Under the pieces are notes generated by a model that did no database searches, was not told where the DNA came from, and was given only the letters and a program-made list of their open reading frames with translations. Shown piece by piece: positions 50,423-60,005 of a stretch of 64,000 bases of DNA (positions are counted from its first letter, which is position 1; the number at the start of each line of letters is the position of its first letter). The DNA comes from Deltaproteobacteria bacterium (lineage in GTDB: Bacteria > Myxococcota_A > Polyangia > Polyangiales > Houyiibacteriaceae): NCBI GenBank assembly GCA_034670305.1, contig JAXMNT010000001.1, forward strand, positions 288,001 to 352,000, written 5' to 3'. The translations under genes and the position numbers were made by a program.

Positions 50423-52048
50423 ATGACCGCGCCTCAGGCGATCGCTCAGGGGAGCCTTCAGAAAACACCGCTCGCGCACGTCCTGTTGAGCGTGGAAGCG
50501 AAAGCGCTCACCGGAACGCTGGTGGTGTGGCGCGACGACGGTGGCGCCGGTCAGGATCGGGTCCGCATCGAGTCCGGACATCCAGTCGCGGCTCGGCTGC
50601 TCGAACCGGCGCAGACCCTCGAGCGCGGTCTGCTGCCTCTCTTCTCCCGCACCTCCGCGTACGCGTTCTACGAAGCGGACCTGGTCGGCGAGGTCGGACT
50701 TCGTGGCGAAGTGGATGCGTGGGCCCTCATCCTCGCGTCGCTGCGGGGCGGCGCCCGCAAAGACGCGATGGAGGCCGTGCTCACGGCGCACGGGGAGGCG
50801 CGGCTTCGTCTCCGCTCCGGCATCTCGCTCGCGCGCTTCGGCCTCATCGGCAAGGAACGTGCGTTCCTCGACGTACTTCGCGCGGAGCCTGCGCGCGTGG
50901 ACGATCTCGTGCGACAAGCGGCCGACCCACGGGTGCCGCGTCGCATGCTCTACCTGCTGACCATCACCCAGTGTCTCGAGACCTTCGAAGGAGAGTTCAG
51001 CCGCACGTCGATCACGGAAGTGGCCCGCGGGGTCGGGGAGCGGTTCAGCGAGGTCACGCGCGAGATGGCCTCGGAAGCACGGCGGCGGAAGATCAGGCGC
51101 ACGGGCGAGGACTTCGATCTGCCGGGGCTCCCCTCCGACATGCCGCCGCCGCCCAGTTCGGCGTCGGTTCCCGCGTCCGCATCCGCTCCGCGCGCCGCGA
51201 CCCCGACCCCGGTCGCATCGGGTACTCGGGCCGATGGCCCCGAGTTGCCGCCGCCCCCGCCGGCCGGACTGAGCGACGACGACCGGACCCGCTGGGAAGA
51301 AGTGAGCGCATTCTGCGCGCGCATGGACGACCAGAACTACTTCGAGATGCTGGGCATTCAGCAGAGCGCCAGTCAGAGCGCGGTGCAGGACGCGTACTTC
51401 AAGCTCATCAAGAAGTACCACCCCGATCGCCTGGGGCCGGACGTGCAGGCGCTGCGCCCATTCGCGGATAGGATCTTCCAGCACCTCACCGAAGCCAACG
51501 AGACCCTCTCCGACGAGGAGAGCCGGGGCGCGTATCTCAAGACGGTGCAAGGCGGCGGCGGCACGCCGAAGGCCGAGCGCGCGATGAACGCGGTGCTCAG
51601 TGCCGCGATGGAGTTCCAGAAGGTCGAAGTGCTCGTCCGCCGCAAGGACTACGAAGGCGCGCTGCGCATCCTCTCGCCCATCCTCCTCGAGCAGCCCGAC
51701 GAGCCGGACTACCACGCGATGAAAGGGCTGATCCTGTTCCGGCTCTACGGAACCGAGAAGAAGGGCCAAGTCGACGCCGCGCTCGCATGTCTCGACGAAG
51801 CGCTGAAGCTCTACCCGAAAAGCGAACGCGCGCTGCTGACCAAAGCGCAGATCCTCCAACGGACCGGCAAAGCCGAAGAGGCCGTGGCGCTCTTCCGCGC
51901 GGTCATCGAAGTGAACCCGAAGAACGTCGACGCGCAGCGGCAGGTGCGTCTCGCGGACATGCGCTCTGGCGACGGTCCCGCGAAGAAGAAGTCGAAGTCG
52001 AAGTCCGAGGACGGGCTCTTCTCGAAGTTCTTCGGCAAGAAGAAGTAA
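50423..52048 (+). CDS. DnaJ-domain protein with C-terminal TPRs
   Basis: NYFEMLG..AYFKLIKKYHPDR (HPD); Pro-rich linker; TPR helices; start could be 50402. Confidence 0.85.
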   Translation: MTAPQAIAQGSLQKTPLAHVLLSVEAKALTGTLVVWRDDGGAGQDRVRIESGHPVAARLLEPAQTLERGLLPLFSRTSAYAFYEADLVGEVGLRGEVDAWALILASLRGGARKDAMEAVLTAHGEARLRLRSGISLARFGLIGKERAFLDVLRAEPARVDDLVRQAADPRVPRRMLYLLTITQCLETFEGEFSRTSITEVARGVGERFSEVTREMASEARRRKIRRTGEDFDLPGLPSDMPPPPSSASVPASASAPRAATPTPVASGTRADGPELPPPPPAGLSDDDRTRWEEVSAFCARMDDQNYFEMLGIQQSASQSAVQDAYFKLIKKYHPDRLGPDVQALRPFADRIFQHLTEANETLSDEESRGAYLKTVQGGGGTPKAERAMNAVLSAAMEFQKVEVLVRRKDYEGALRILSPILLEQPDEPDYHAMKGLILFRLYGTEKKGQVDAALACLDEALKLYPKSERALLTKAQILQRTGKAEEAVALFRAVIEVNPKNVDAQRQVRLADMRSGDGPAKKKSKSKSEDGLFSKFFGKKK

Positions 52049-52060
52049 GCTGGCGCCCGC

Positions 52061-53314
52061 CTACTCGGCGGTGACGATGGCGTGCACGTGCCGGTCGTCG
52101 CTTCCGATGAGCAGCGTGCCGTCTCCGATGATCACCGGGTTGGCGTCCACGTCGCCGCCGACTTCGTGGACCCAGCGAAGTTCGCCGGTCGGCGCGAGCG
52201 AGTAGAGGTAATCGTCGTGCGCGCCGAAGTAGATGTTGCCCTCGCGGTCGACCGCCGCGCCCGAGGCGATGCCGAGTTCGCGGGTGCCGCTCAGGGTCAC
52301 CGGGAAGTACCAGCGGAGCGCGCCGTCGTCGGCGTTGAGGGCGACGAGCCTCGGCCGCGGTCCGAACACGCCGACGAGCACGCCGCCGTCGAGCGTCAAC
52401 GCGACTGGTGCGCGCACCATGCCTTCGAGGTCGACGGACCATCGCAGGTCGCCGTCGCGGGTCAGCGCGTAGACGTGGTCGTCGTCGGACCCGAAGTAGA
52501 TCGTGCCATCGTCGCCGAGCACCGCGCTGCCGTCGTTGTCGCCACCGGTGCGGTAGGACCAACGCTGCTCTCCGTCGGCCGCGATCGCGTAGAACTGGTC
52601 GTCCTGCGAACCGACGTAGACGGTGCCGTCGTCGTCGACCACGGGGGTCGTGAAGATCTTGCCGCCGGAGCGGAAACGCCAGAGCACGGTTCCGTCGGGC
52701 TGCACCGACCAGAGATCGGAGCCCGCGCCGAAGTGGATGTTGCCGGACGGTGCGATCGTCACGCCGGTGTCGGCGTCGCCTTCCGTCTCGAGTCGCCACC
52801 GCAGGGTGCCGCCCCGGTCGTAGGAGTCGAAGACCTTCGCGTCCGAGCCGACGTAGACGTTGCCCGCGTCGTCGATGGCCGGCGTGGAGTAGATGGCGCC
52901 GCCCAGGTTCTTCTGCCAACGCGGCCGGCCCGAGGCGGTCAGCGCGTACAGGATGCCGTCGTGGCTTCCGACGTACACGTTGCCGGCCCGGTCGGCGACC
53001 GGCTGCGCCGTGATGCGTCCCGCGGTCTCGTGGGTCCACGCCGTGGCCGGTCGGGCGGGGCCGACGAATGGGCTGCGGCCGGTGTGTCGGCGGTCGGCCT
53101 GGAACGTGGTGGGTGGGCCCTCTTCGGGCGGTGCCACCGGTAGGTCGGCGCGGCGTTCGGCGGCGCGGGTACCCGGTTCGGCGCGGATCGGAACGCCGGG
53201 GGCGGGCTGCGCTGGTGCGAGGCTGGCTTGCTCGTCGCGGGCCATCCAGAGGTAGACCATCGCCGCGCCCGCACCGAGCCACATCGCGATCAAGATCATC
53301 GTGCGCCGAGTCAA
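52061..53314 (-). CDS. PQQ-like (BamB-type) beta-propeller repeat protein
   Basis: Repeated VYVGSxD..YAL..G..RW blades; N-terminal TM; start TTG 53314 or ATG 53299. Confidence 0.85.
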   Translation of the reverse strand: MTRRTMILIAMWLGAGAAMVYLWMARDEQASLAPAQPAPGVPIRAEPGTRAAERRADLPVAPPEEGPPTTFQADRRHTGRSPFVGPARPATAWTHETAGRITAQPVADRAGNVYVGSHDGILYALTASGRPRWQKNLGGAIYSTPAIDDAGNVYVGSDAKVFDSYDRGGTLRWRLETEGDADTGVTIAPSGNIHFGAGSDLWSVQPDGTVLWRFRSGGKIFTTPVVDDDGTVYVGSQDDQFYAIAADGEQRWSYRTGGDNDGSAVLGDDGTIYFGSDDDHVYALTRDGDLRWSVDLEGMVRAPVALTLDGGVLVGVFGPRPRLVALNADDGALRWYFPVTLSGTRELGIASGAAVDREGNIYFGAHDDYLYSLAPTGELRWVHEVGGDVDANPVIIGDGTLLIGSDDRHVHAIVTAE

Positions 53315-53500
53315 GGGCCCCTGATAGCCCCGTTGCGCATTCGAAGCCAATGGAAGGCCGGAACGCCCGGGCTGGCGGGCTGGCGGGCGGGCGGTCTGGC
53401 GGACCGGCACCCGCGCGCCGCCACTCCGCCACCACTGCGTCGCCAAGTACCCGAAACCACGGCTCGGGATGGCGGCACGCCCAGTGCGAGGCACCCCTTC

Positions 53501-54226
53501 ATGTCGCAACCCCGTGAACGCCTCATTGACCGTGGCCCCTCCGCCCTCGAAGACGCCGAACTGCTCTCGGTCCTGCTCGGTACCGGGATCGTGGGCGCGG
53601 ATGTGCACCGGGTGGCCGCGCTGCTCTTGCAACGCGTGGGCAGCCTCGAAGAACTCGCGCGGGCCGATGTCCGGCAGCTCGCGCGGCTCCCCGGGATTGG
53701 ACAGAGCAAGGCCGCACGGGTCGTGGCAGCACTCGAACTCGGTCGGCGCGCGCTCACGCGGCCTTTGCTCCGTGGCCGACCCATCCGTTCGAGCTTCGAT
53801 GTCGACGCGGCGCTGAGGCCCAAGCTGGCTCGGGCGTCGGTCGAGCATTTCCTGGCGATCCCACTCGACGCCAAACACCGGCCCACCGGCGAACTCGAGC
53901 TGGCTCGAGGTTCTCTCACGGCATGCCCGGTGGATTCGGCCGAGGTGTTCCGGGCGCTCCTGCGCGCGGCCGCGGCGGCGGTTGTCTTCGTGCACAACCA
54001 CCCCAGTGGGGTGCCCGACCCTAGCTCGGAGGACATCGCGTTGACCCACCGACTGCGGCGGGGAGCGGCGCTGCTCGGAATCGATGTGGTGGATCACGTG
54101 ATCATCGGGGCGGAGGGCTATTTCTCCTTTCTGGACGCGGGTCTGTTCGAGGAACATCCAGTGTCGGCTTCGGAAACCGCGGTGCTGGCTTCGGAAACCT
54201 CGGGCACCGCAGTCGAGGGCGCGTAG
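53501..54226 (+). CDS. radC: RadC/JAB-domain protein
   Basis: PRERL..G..AL.DAELL, HhH GIGQSKA, HNHPSG.P.PS.ED, DHVII. Confidence 0.93.
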   Translation: MSQPRERLIDRGPSALEDAELLSVLLGTGIVGADVHRVAALLLQRVGSLEELARADVRQLARLPGIGQSKAARVVAALELGRRALTRPLLRGRPIRSSFDVDAALRPKLARASVEHFLAIPLDAKHRPTGELELARGSLTACPVDSAEVFRALLRAAAAAVVFVHNHPSGVPDPSSEDIALTHRLRRGAALLGIDVVDHVIIGAEGYFSFLDAGLFEEHPVSASETAVLASETSGTAVEGA

Positions 54227-54453
54227 ATGGATCCGCCAGCATTCGCCGGGTCGATAGCGGACGGTCCAGCCGTTCGCGGCGGTCACTCGGGGCCGCCGAC
54301 CTTCACCAGGCGATTCGAAGGCCCCTCGACCGCTTGACTCGTCCAGAGGTGCGTGCTTACTTCCGCGCTCCTTTTCGGAGGGGATTCCCTCACGGCGCAC
54401 CCCATCGCGCCTCGCCCCGGGACGAATTCCCGAACGAACGCCGGACAGTCATC

Positions 54454-54603
54454 GTGAAGCGCACCTACCAGCCCAGTCGTACCCGTCGCCGTCGTAAGCA
54501 TGGCTTCCGCGCCCGTCTCAAGACGAAGTCGGGCCGAAAGGTCCTCGCGCGTCGTCGTGCGAAGGGCCGCGCCCGTCTCGCCGCGGCTTCGTACCAGAAG
54601 TAA
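54454..54603 (+). CDS. rpmH: 50S ribosomal protein L34
   Basis: [27 protein letters not shown]. Confidence 0.97.
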   Translation: MKRTYQPSRTRRRRKHGFRARLKTKSGRKVLARRRAKGRARLAAASYQK

Positions 54604-54643
54604 GCGCTCCGCTGACTGACCCGCTGAGCGGGTCGGACACACC

Positions 54644-55075
54644 GTGGAGACCTACGCTGCAGCCGACCGCGTCAAACGGCGCGGTGAGTTCCGACGCATC
54701 CAATCGGGTGGCGTGCGCGTCCACACGCGTCGCTTCATCCTGATGATCCACCCGACTCTGGTGGACGGTGCCCACGTTGCGTCGGCGCCCAGCCGGCTTG
54801 GCATCACCGTCACCAAGAAAGTCGGCAACGCGGTCGCCCGCAACCGCATCAAGCGGGTTCTGCGGGAGGTGTTCCGGCTCGAACGGCGACTTTTCCCGCC
54901 CGGCTTCGACTACGTCGTCGTCGCGAAACGCGGGCTCGATCCGGTTCACCTGGACGATGTGCGGCAGGAGCTTCGAGGCACGCGCACCGCGATCGAGCGC
55001 GCCACACGAAAAGCTCTGCAACGATTCCGGGACTCCGAGGCGCGCCGAGCGGCTTCCGTTTCCTCCTCACCTTAG
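54644..55075 (+). CDS. rnpA: Ribonuclease P protein component
   Basis: RLGITVTKKVGNAVARNRIKRVLREVFR. Confidence 0.96.
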   Translation: METYAAADRVKRRGEFRRIQSGGVRVHTRRFILMIHPTLVDGAHVASAPSRLGITVTKKVGNAVARNRIKRVLREVFRLERRLFPPGFDYVVVAKRGLDPVHLDDVRQELRGTRTAIERATRKALQRFRDSEARRAASVSSSP

Positions 55076-55159
55076 ACAAACACACGGGAGAAACGGTCCC
55101 AACACCAGTCGTCCACTTGCGCACACGGCGCTCTGGATGCAAACGGGACCTTCGGCCTC

Positions 55160-56992
55160 ATGGACGATCCGAAGCGGCAATTCATCATCTTGGGCGTCAT
55201 CGGCGCAGTCGTCGCGGGTGTCTACCTCGCTGGTGAGCTGGCGCGCGACGACGAACCCGCCGCCGAGACGGCTCAGACCGCCGGTGCCGATGGCACCGAG
55301 CCGGCCGAAGACGCACCCGAAGCGGATTCGGACGAGGGGTCCGACGCGCCGGAAGTCACGGCGGCCGATCCCGCGGCCCAGCCGGCGCTCACCGCGGCCG
55401 ACCGGGCCGCCCGGCTCGAACAGCAGCAGCTCTTCAGCGTGGAGACCGATCGGTTTCGCGCCGAGTTCAGCAACCTGAACACCGGACTCGTCCAGTTCAT
55501 CCTCCGCGACGAGCGGTTCGTGAACGACGGGGAAGAGATGCAGCTGGTCACGACCGACCAGGAAGCGTACTTCCCGCACCAGCTCGAAGTGCGCGGGGTC
55601 GCGATCCCGGCCGACGCGATCTGGACGGGCGAACAAGTCTCCGAGCGTTCGGTTCGTTTTCGATGGGAGGGCGATGGCTTCGTCGTCACCCGCAACATTC
55701 GAGCGGGCGAAGGCCCCTTCCAGCTCTGGTCGACCATCGACATCGAGAGCCGCAGCGACGTGACGCGTCCGGTGCGTGTCGTCATGCACACCTCGCACTA
55801 CGTGAGCCGCGAAGAAGAGGACGCCGGGTTCATCGGCCGCCCCTCGACCGCGATGAGCTTCGGTCTGTGCCGATGGGGTGAAGAAGACGACGTCGAGCGC
55901 GAGGACGGCAAGGAACTGCTCGATGCCCGCGGCTACGGCGGCAACGTCACCTGGACCGGGCTCGTCGACTCGTACTTCTCGAACATGGTCGTCGCGGACT
56001 CGGTCGCGGGAGACCGGTGCGTTCTGAGCGCGGAGCTCCGAGGCGGCACGCTCGAAGAACCACACGGCACGCTCTACCACGCGACCCTGCAGCTGCCGCG
56101 GGTGGAGCTCGGGCCCGGTGAGTCGAACCGCAGCCGCATTCTCTCCTACGTCGGGCCGAGCGATCGCGAAGCGCTCCGGACGGCCGGACACGCGCTGCCG
56201 CAGGTGATCGATCTCGGCTGGTTCAGCTTCATCGCCGATGGGCTGACCGAAGTGCTCAGTGCGATCCAGGGCGTCGTGGGCAACTGGGGATTCGCGATCA
56301 TCCTCCTGACCCTGCTCGTGAAGCTCATCTTCTACCCGCTGACCGCGAAGAGCTTCGCGTCGATGGCGGCGATGCGCCGCCTCAAACCGAAGATCGATGC
56401 GATCACGGAGAAGTACGGGGACGACCGGGAGAAGCGCGGCCAGGCCACCATGGCCTTGTACAAGAAAGAGAAGATCAACCCAGCTGCGGGTTGTCTTCCG
56501 ATGCTGCTGCAGATGCCGGTGTGGTTCGCCCTCTACCGCTCGCTCTCGACGAACATCGAGCTGTACCACGCGCCCTTCATCCTCTGGTGGACGGACCTGT
56601 CCGCGCCGGACCCCTACTTCGTTCTGCCCGTGATCGTGGCCGGCTTGATGTTCCTGCAACAGCAGCTGACGCCCAACACGATGGATCCGACGCAGGCCAA
56701 GATGATGAAGTTCGGCATGCCGCTCGTCTTTGGTGCGTTCATGCTCTTCCTTCCGGCTGGATTGTGTGTCTACATCGTCACCAACTCCACACTCAGCATC
56801 ACGCAGCAACGATTGCTGTACGCCCGCCTCGATCGCGAGGCGGCCGCCCGCGAAGAAGCCCCCACTCCGGTCGACGGAGAAGATTCAGACGACGACGACT
56901 CCACCAGTGGAGATCTTGAACCAGCAGCCGTTGCGGCTGGGGGCAGTGGCTCCCGGCGCCGGCTCAAGAAGAAAAAGCGAACGCGCCGATAG
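55160..56992 (+). CDS. yidC: Membrane protein insertase
   Basis: NWGFAIILLT..YPLT, GCLPMLLQMPVWFALY, DLSAPDPYFVLP. Confidence 0.96.
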   Translation: MDDPKRQFIILGVIGAVVAGVYLAGELARDDEPAAETAQTAGADGTEPAEDAPEADSDEGSDAPEVTAADPAAQPALTAADRAARLEQQQLFSVETDRFRAEFSNLNTGLVQFILRDERFVNDGEEMQLVTTDQEAYFPHQLEVRGVAIPADAIWTGEQVSERSVRFRWEGDGFVVTRNIRAGEGPFQLWSTIDIESRSDVTRPVRVVMHTSHYVSREEEDAGFIGRPSTAMSFGLCRWGEEDDVEREDGKELLDARGYGGNVTWTGLVDSYFSNMVVADSVAGDRCVLSAELRGGTLEEPHGTLYHATLQLPRVELGPGESNRSRILSYVGPSDREALRTAGHALPQVIDLGWFSFIADGLTEVLSAIQGVVGNWGFAIILLTLLVKLIFYPLTAKSFASMAAMRRLKPKIDAITEKYGDDREKRGQATMALYKKEKINPAAGCLPMLLQMPVWFALYRSLSTNIELYHAPFILWWTDLSAPDPYFVLPVIVAGLMFLQQQLTPNTMDPTQAKMMKFGMPLVFGAFMLFLPAGLCVYIVTNSTLSITQQRLLYARLDREAAAREEAPTPVDGEDSDDDDSTSGDLEPAAVAAGGSGSRRRLKKKKRTRR

Positions 56993-57055
56993 GTGGTTCG
57001 CCCAGGTCGCCAGACGCTGCAAAGCGCAGCGTCACGACCAGGAGACGAGGTAGTG

Positions 57056-57610
57056 ATGAGCAATGAAGATGCGCCCCGTGGGGCCAAGACGGATTCCGAA
57101 GGCAAGCTGGCGGACGGCGCTCTCCTGGTCGAGGGTGGGGACAAGCGGGCAGCGACGGGCGGCGACGGCAAGGCCGAAGAGGCGCTCGACCTGCTCGACG
57201 AGATGTTCGACCTGATGGATCTGGACGTCGAGATCGACATTCGCGAAGACGACGAGCGGATCGTGCTCGACGTGAGCGGGCGCGACGCAGGCCGGGTCAT
57301 CGGCAAGAAGGGACAGACGCTCGATGCGCTTCAGTTCCTGCTGAACAAGATCCTCAACCGCTTCCCCGAAGGACGCCGACACATCGTCGTGGATTCTGGC
57401 GACTACCGGGACCGCCACGACAAGGGCCTCGAGACCCTGGCGCAGCGGGAAGCCGAGCGGGCGCTCGAAGAGGGCAAGACCGTGACACTGCAGCCGATGA
57501 CACCGCGCGACCGCCGCGTGATCCACCTCTCGCTGGCCAAGTTCGAGGGGGTCACGACCGCCTCGCAGGGCCAGGGCGCCAAGCGCCGCATCCAGATCAT
57601 CCCGAACTAG
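57056..57610 (+). CDS. jag: Jag/KhpB KH-R3H RNA-binding protein
   Basis: IGKKGQTLDALQFL, DYRDR, PMTPRDRRVIH; follows yidC. Confidence 0.92.
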   Translation: MSNEDAPRGAKTDSEGKLADGALLVEGGDKRAATGGDGKAEEALDLLDEMFDLMDLDVEIDIREDDERIVLDVSGRDAGRVIGKKGQTLDALQFLLNKILNRFPEGRRHIVVDSGDYRDRHDKGLETLAQREAERALEEGKTVTLQPMTPRDRRVIHLSLAKFEGVTTASQGQGAKRRIQIIPN

Positions 57611-57672
57611 CCAGCAGGGAGCGGAAAGCGACCTGCTCCCTTGCCCGTGCCCTTGCCCGTGCCCTTGCCCTT
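57611..57672. repeat. Isolated degenerate MITE end with (CCCTTG/CCCGTG)n array
   Basis: CAGGGAGCGGAAAGCGACCTGCTCCCTTGCCC closely matches reverse complement of about 11053-11110; follows CTAG stop of jag. Confidence 0.75.
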
Positions 57673-57877
57673 GGGTTCAAGGGGCCTCTGGAGGGCGCCG
57701 GATATATCCAGACGCGTGCAGCCGACCGCTGCGGCCCTCGGTTCGTCGCTGATCAGCAACCGCAGCCGTGCATGTTCTCGATGCGACACTTCGCCGCTGC
57801 GGCAGAAGGCCGTGCAGACGAACGCCCGGGCGCACCGAACTCGGACCCGTGCGCGCGACTGCGTTACCATCCGCCCG

Positions 57878-59170
57878 GTGTTCGAGCCGGGGCAACGCGT
57901 CGGAGAGTATGAGCTCGTCCGTGGTGTCGCCGCGGGCGGCATGGCGCACGTCTTCGTGGCGCGGCGGGACGGCGACGATCGTCCTTTCGCGATGAAGGTG
58001 ATCCACGAGCATCTGTCGACCGACTGGCAGGCGATGCGCTGGTTCGTGGACGAGGCGCTCATCTCGATCCGCATCCGGCACCCCAACGTGGTTCGGGTGG
58101 ACGAGCTGGGGGAGCAGGATGGGCTCTACTACCTCGCGATGGAGTACGTGCACGGCTGCAGTCTGGCCGAGCTGATGGTGGTGCTCGGCCGACGTGGCCG
58201 TCGCATCGACCCGTGGATCTCCGCCTGGATCGCGGCGCGTGTCGCCGAGGGGCTGCACGCCGCGCACGAACTGCGCGGAGACGATGGCGAACTGCTGAAC
58301 GTGATCCACCGCGACGTGAGTCCGCAGAACATTCTGCTCAGCTCGATGGGTGAGGTGAAGCTGACCGACTTCGGCATCGCGAAAGCGAAAGGGCGCGCGA
58401 GCCGCACGATGGCGGGCGAGCTGCGTGGCAAGTTCCGTTACATGGCGCCCGAACAGATCGTCGACCGGGACGCACAGGACCGGCGCGTCGACATCTTCAC
58501 GCTCGGTGTGGTGCTCTGGGAGCTGCTGACCCAGACCCGGCTGCACGCGAAGATGGACCACGTCGATCTGCTGGAGCGGTTGAAGAAGCCGGAAGTGGAG
58601 CGCCCGTCGTTGGTGCGCCCGGACGTGCCGCCCGCGCTCGACGGGGTCGTGCTCAACGCGGTCGCCGCGAGCCCGGCGGAGCGTCCAGAGACCGCTCAGG
58701 TGTTCCAGCGCGAACTCGACGAAGCCCTTTCGCTCGCCCGCATCGATCCGCAGGAAGCGCTGCGCGAGCTCATGCTCGAGGTGCTCGGCCAGCGGCTCCT
58801 CGAGAGCGCGCAGGCGCTGCCGGCGGATCTCGCCCATGCGATCGGGATCGAACACTTCGAACCGACCGATCCGCGCGGGTTGGACTCGGGCGCTGCAGCG
58901 GCGGCGGCGGCCGCACAGATCGAGCGCGACGATCCGAGCGCCCCGTTCGTGTTCGAGGAGCCGCTGGTCGTCGAGTCTCCACCGGAGACCGCGGCGGCGC
59001 CCATGCCATCCACGCGCCCGGTCCAGCCGCTGCGAAGCGAACCCAGCCAGCGGGTGCGCACGAGCGTCGCGCCGCCGAGCACGAGCGCGGCGTGGCTCAG
59101 CGTGGCGCTTCTGCTCGGCGGCTTCTTTGTGATCGCTGTGCTCGCCGCGTGGCTCGTCCTCTCGGAGTAG
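57878..59170 (+). CDS. Serine/threonine protein kinase with C-terminal TM
   Basis: AGGMA, AMK, HRDVSPQN, DFG, YMAPE, DIFTLG. Confidence 0.95.
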   Translation: MFEPGQRVGEYELVRGVAAGGMAHVFVARRDGDDRPFAMKVIHEHLSTDWQAMRWFVDEALISIRIRHPNVVRVDELGEQDGLYYLAMEYVHGCSLAELMVVLGRRGRRIDPWISAWIAARVAEGLHAAHELRGDDGELLNVIHRDVSPQNILLSSMGEVKLTDFGIAKAKGRASRTMAGELRGKFRYMAPEQIVDRDAQDRRVDIFTLGVVLWELLTQTRLHAKMDHVDLLERLKKPEVERPSLVRPDVPPALDGVVLNAVAASPAERPETAQVFQRELDEALSLARIDPQEALRELMLEVLGQRLLESAQALPADLAHAIGIEHFEPTDPRGLDSGAAAAAAAAQIERDDPSAPFVFEEPLVVESPPETAAAPMPSTRPVQPLRSEPSQRVRTSVAPPSTSAAWLSVALLLGGFFVIAVLAAWLVLSE

Positions 59171-59522
59171 ACGGCCGAAGAAGCGGCAGGCGGAAGCGGA
59201 AGCGGAAGCGGAAGGCGGAAGCGGAAGGCGAAGCCGATGCCGAAGCCGAATCTGAAGCAGAAGCCGACTCCGACGGCGAATCCGAAGCAGAAGCCGAAGC
59301 AGAAGCAGAAGCAGAAGCCGAAGCCGAAGCCGAATCCGAAGGCGAATCCGAAGGCGAATCCGAATCCGAAGCCGACTCCGAATCCGACTCCGACGCAGAA
59401 GCCGAATCCGAATCCGAAGGCGAATCCGAATCCGAAGCCGACTCCGAAGCCGATGCACTCGAAGGCAGGGCAAGGGCAGGGGCAAGGGCAGGGGCAAGGG
59501 TAGCAGGGCTTGCGCCCTGCTA
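59171..59522. repeat. Composite hexamer array with MITE-like ends: (GCGGAA) + (GCCGAA/TCCGAA/GCAGAA) + (GGGCAA/GGGGCA)
   Basis: Between convergent stops; left AGACGGCCGAAG as at 20175; right end CCCTGCTA. Confidence 0.9.
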
Positions 59523-60005
59523 ACGGATGTCGCGGAGGTGCCATTCGGTGATGGCCATGGTCACCCGCGCGATGTCGACTGGTTTTGCGAGCAGGCGGTC
59601 TCCGCCGTAGCGGCGCAACTCCGTCTCTGCGTACTGCTCGGCCCGCTGACTCACGAGCAGGATCGGAACATCCAGGGCGGGCAGGCTGCGCGCGAACGGT
59701 GGCAATGCTTTGTCGGGGACCCGCTGCCGCAGGATCCGCGTGAGGAGGATTCCGTCGAGCACCGATCCAGGCAAGTCGATGTCGAGAAGCACCGCCACCA
59801 GATCGGCGCCGTAGGTACGGATCAACTCGCAGGCTTCCCGATCGTGGTCCGCGCGCAGCAAGCGGTACGCGCGTCGCAGGTTGTCCCCTGCGACCTGCCA
59901 GCTCTGGTCGTCGACATCCACGTAGAGCACGAGCGCACGCCCATCCACTTCGGTGGCGGGCGGTGCGGTCCAGCCGGGCGCCGGCGATCGAACGTCAGTC
60001 GTCAT
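59520..60005 (-). CDS. Stand-alone response regulator receiver
   Basis: VLYVDVDD, LLDIDLPG..DG, LAKPVD. Confidence 0.8.
   Translation of the reverse strand: MTTDVRSPAPGWTAPPATEVDGRALVLYVDVDDQSWQVAGDNLRRAYRLLRADHDREACELIRTYGADLVAVLLDIDLPGSVLDGILLTRILRQRVPDKALPPFARSLPALDVPILLVSQRAEQYAETELRRYGGDRLLAKPVDIARVTMAITEWHLRDIR

Noticed and set aside
54227-54453. oriC upstream of rpmH
   Set aside because: No DnaA boxes (TTATCCACA-like), no AT-rich unwinding element and no dnaA.
12855-59522. Repeat arrays as CRISPR
   Set aside because: No 23-47-bp direct repeats separated by unique spacers, and no cas genes.
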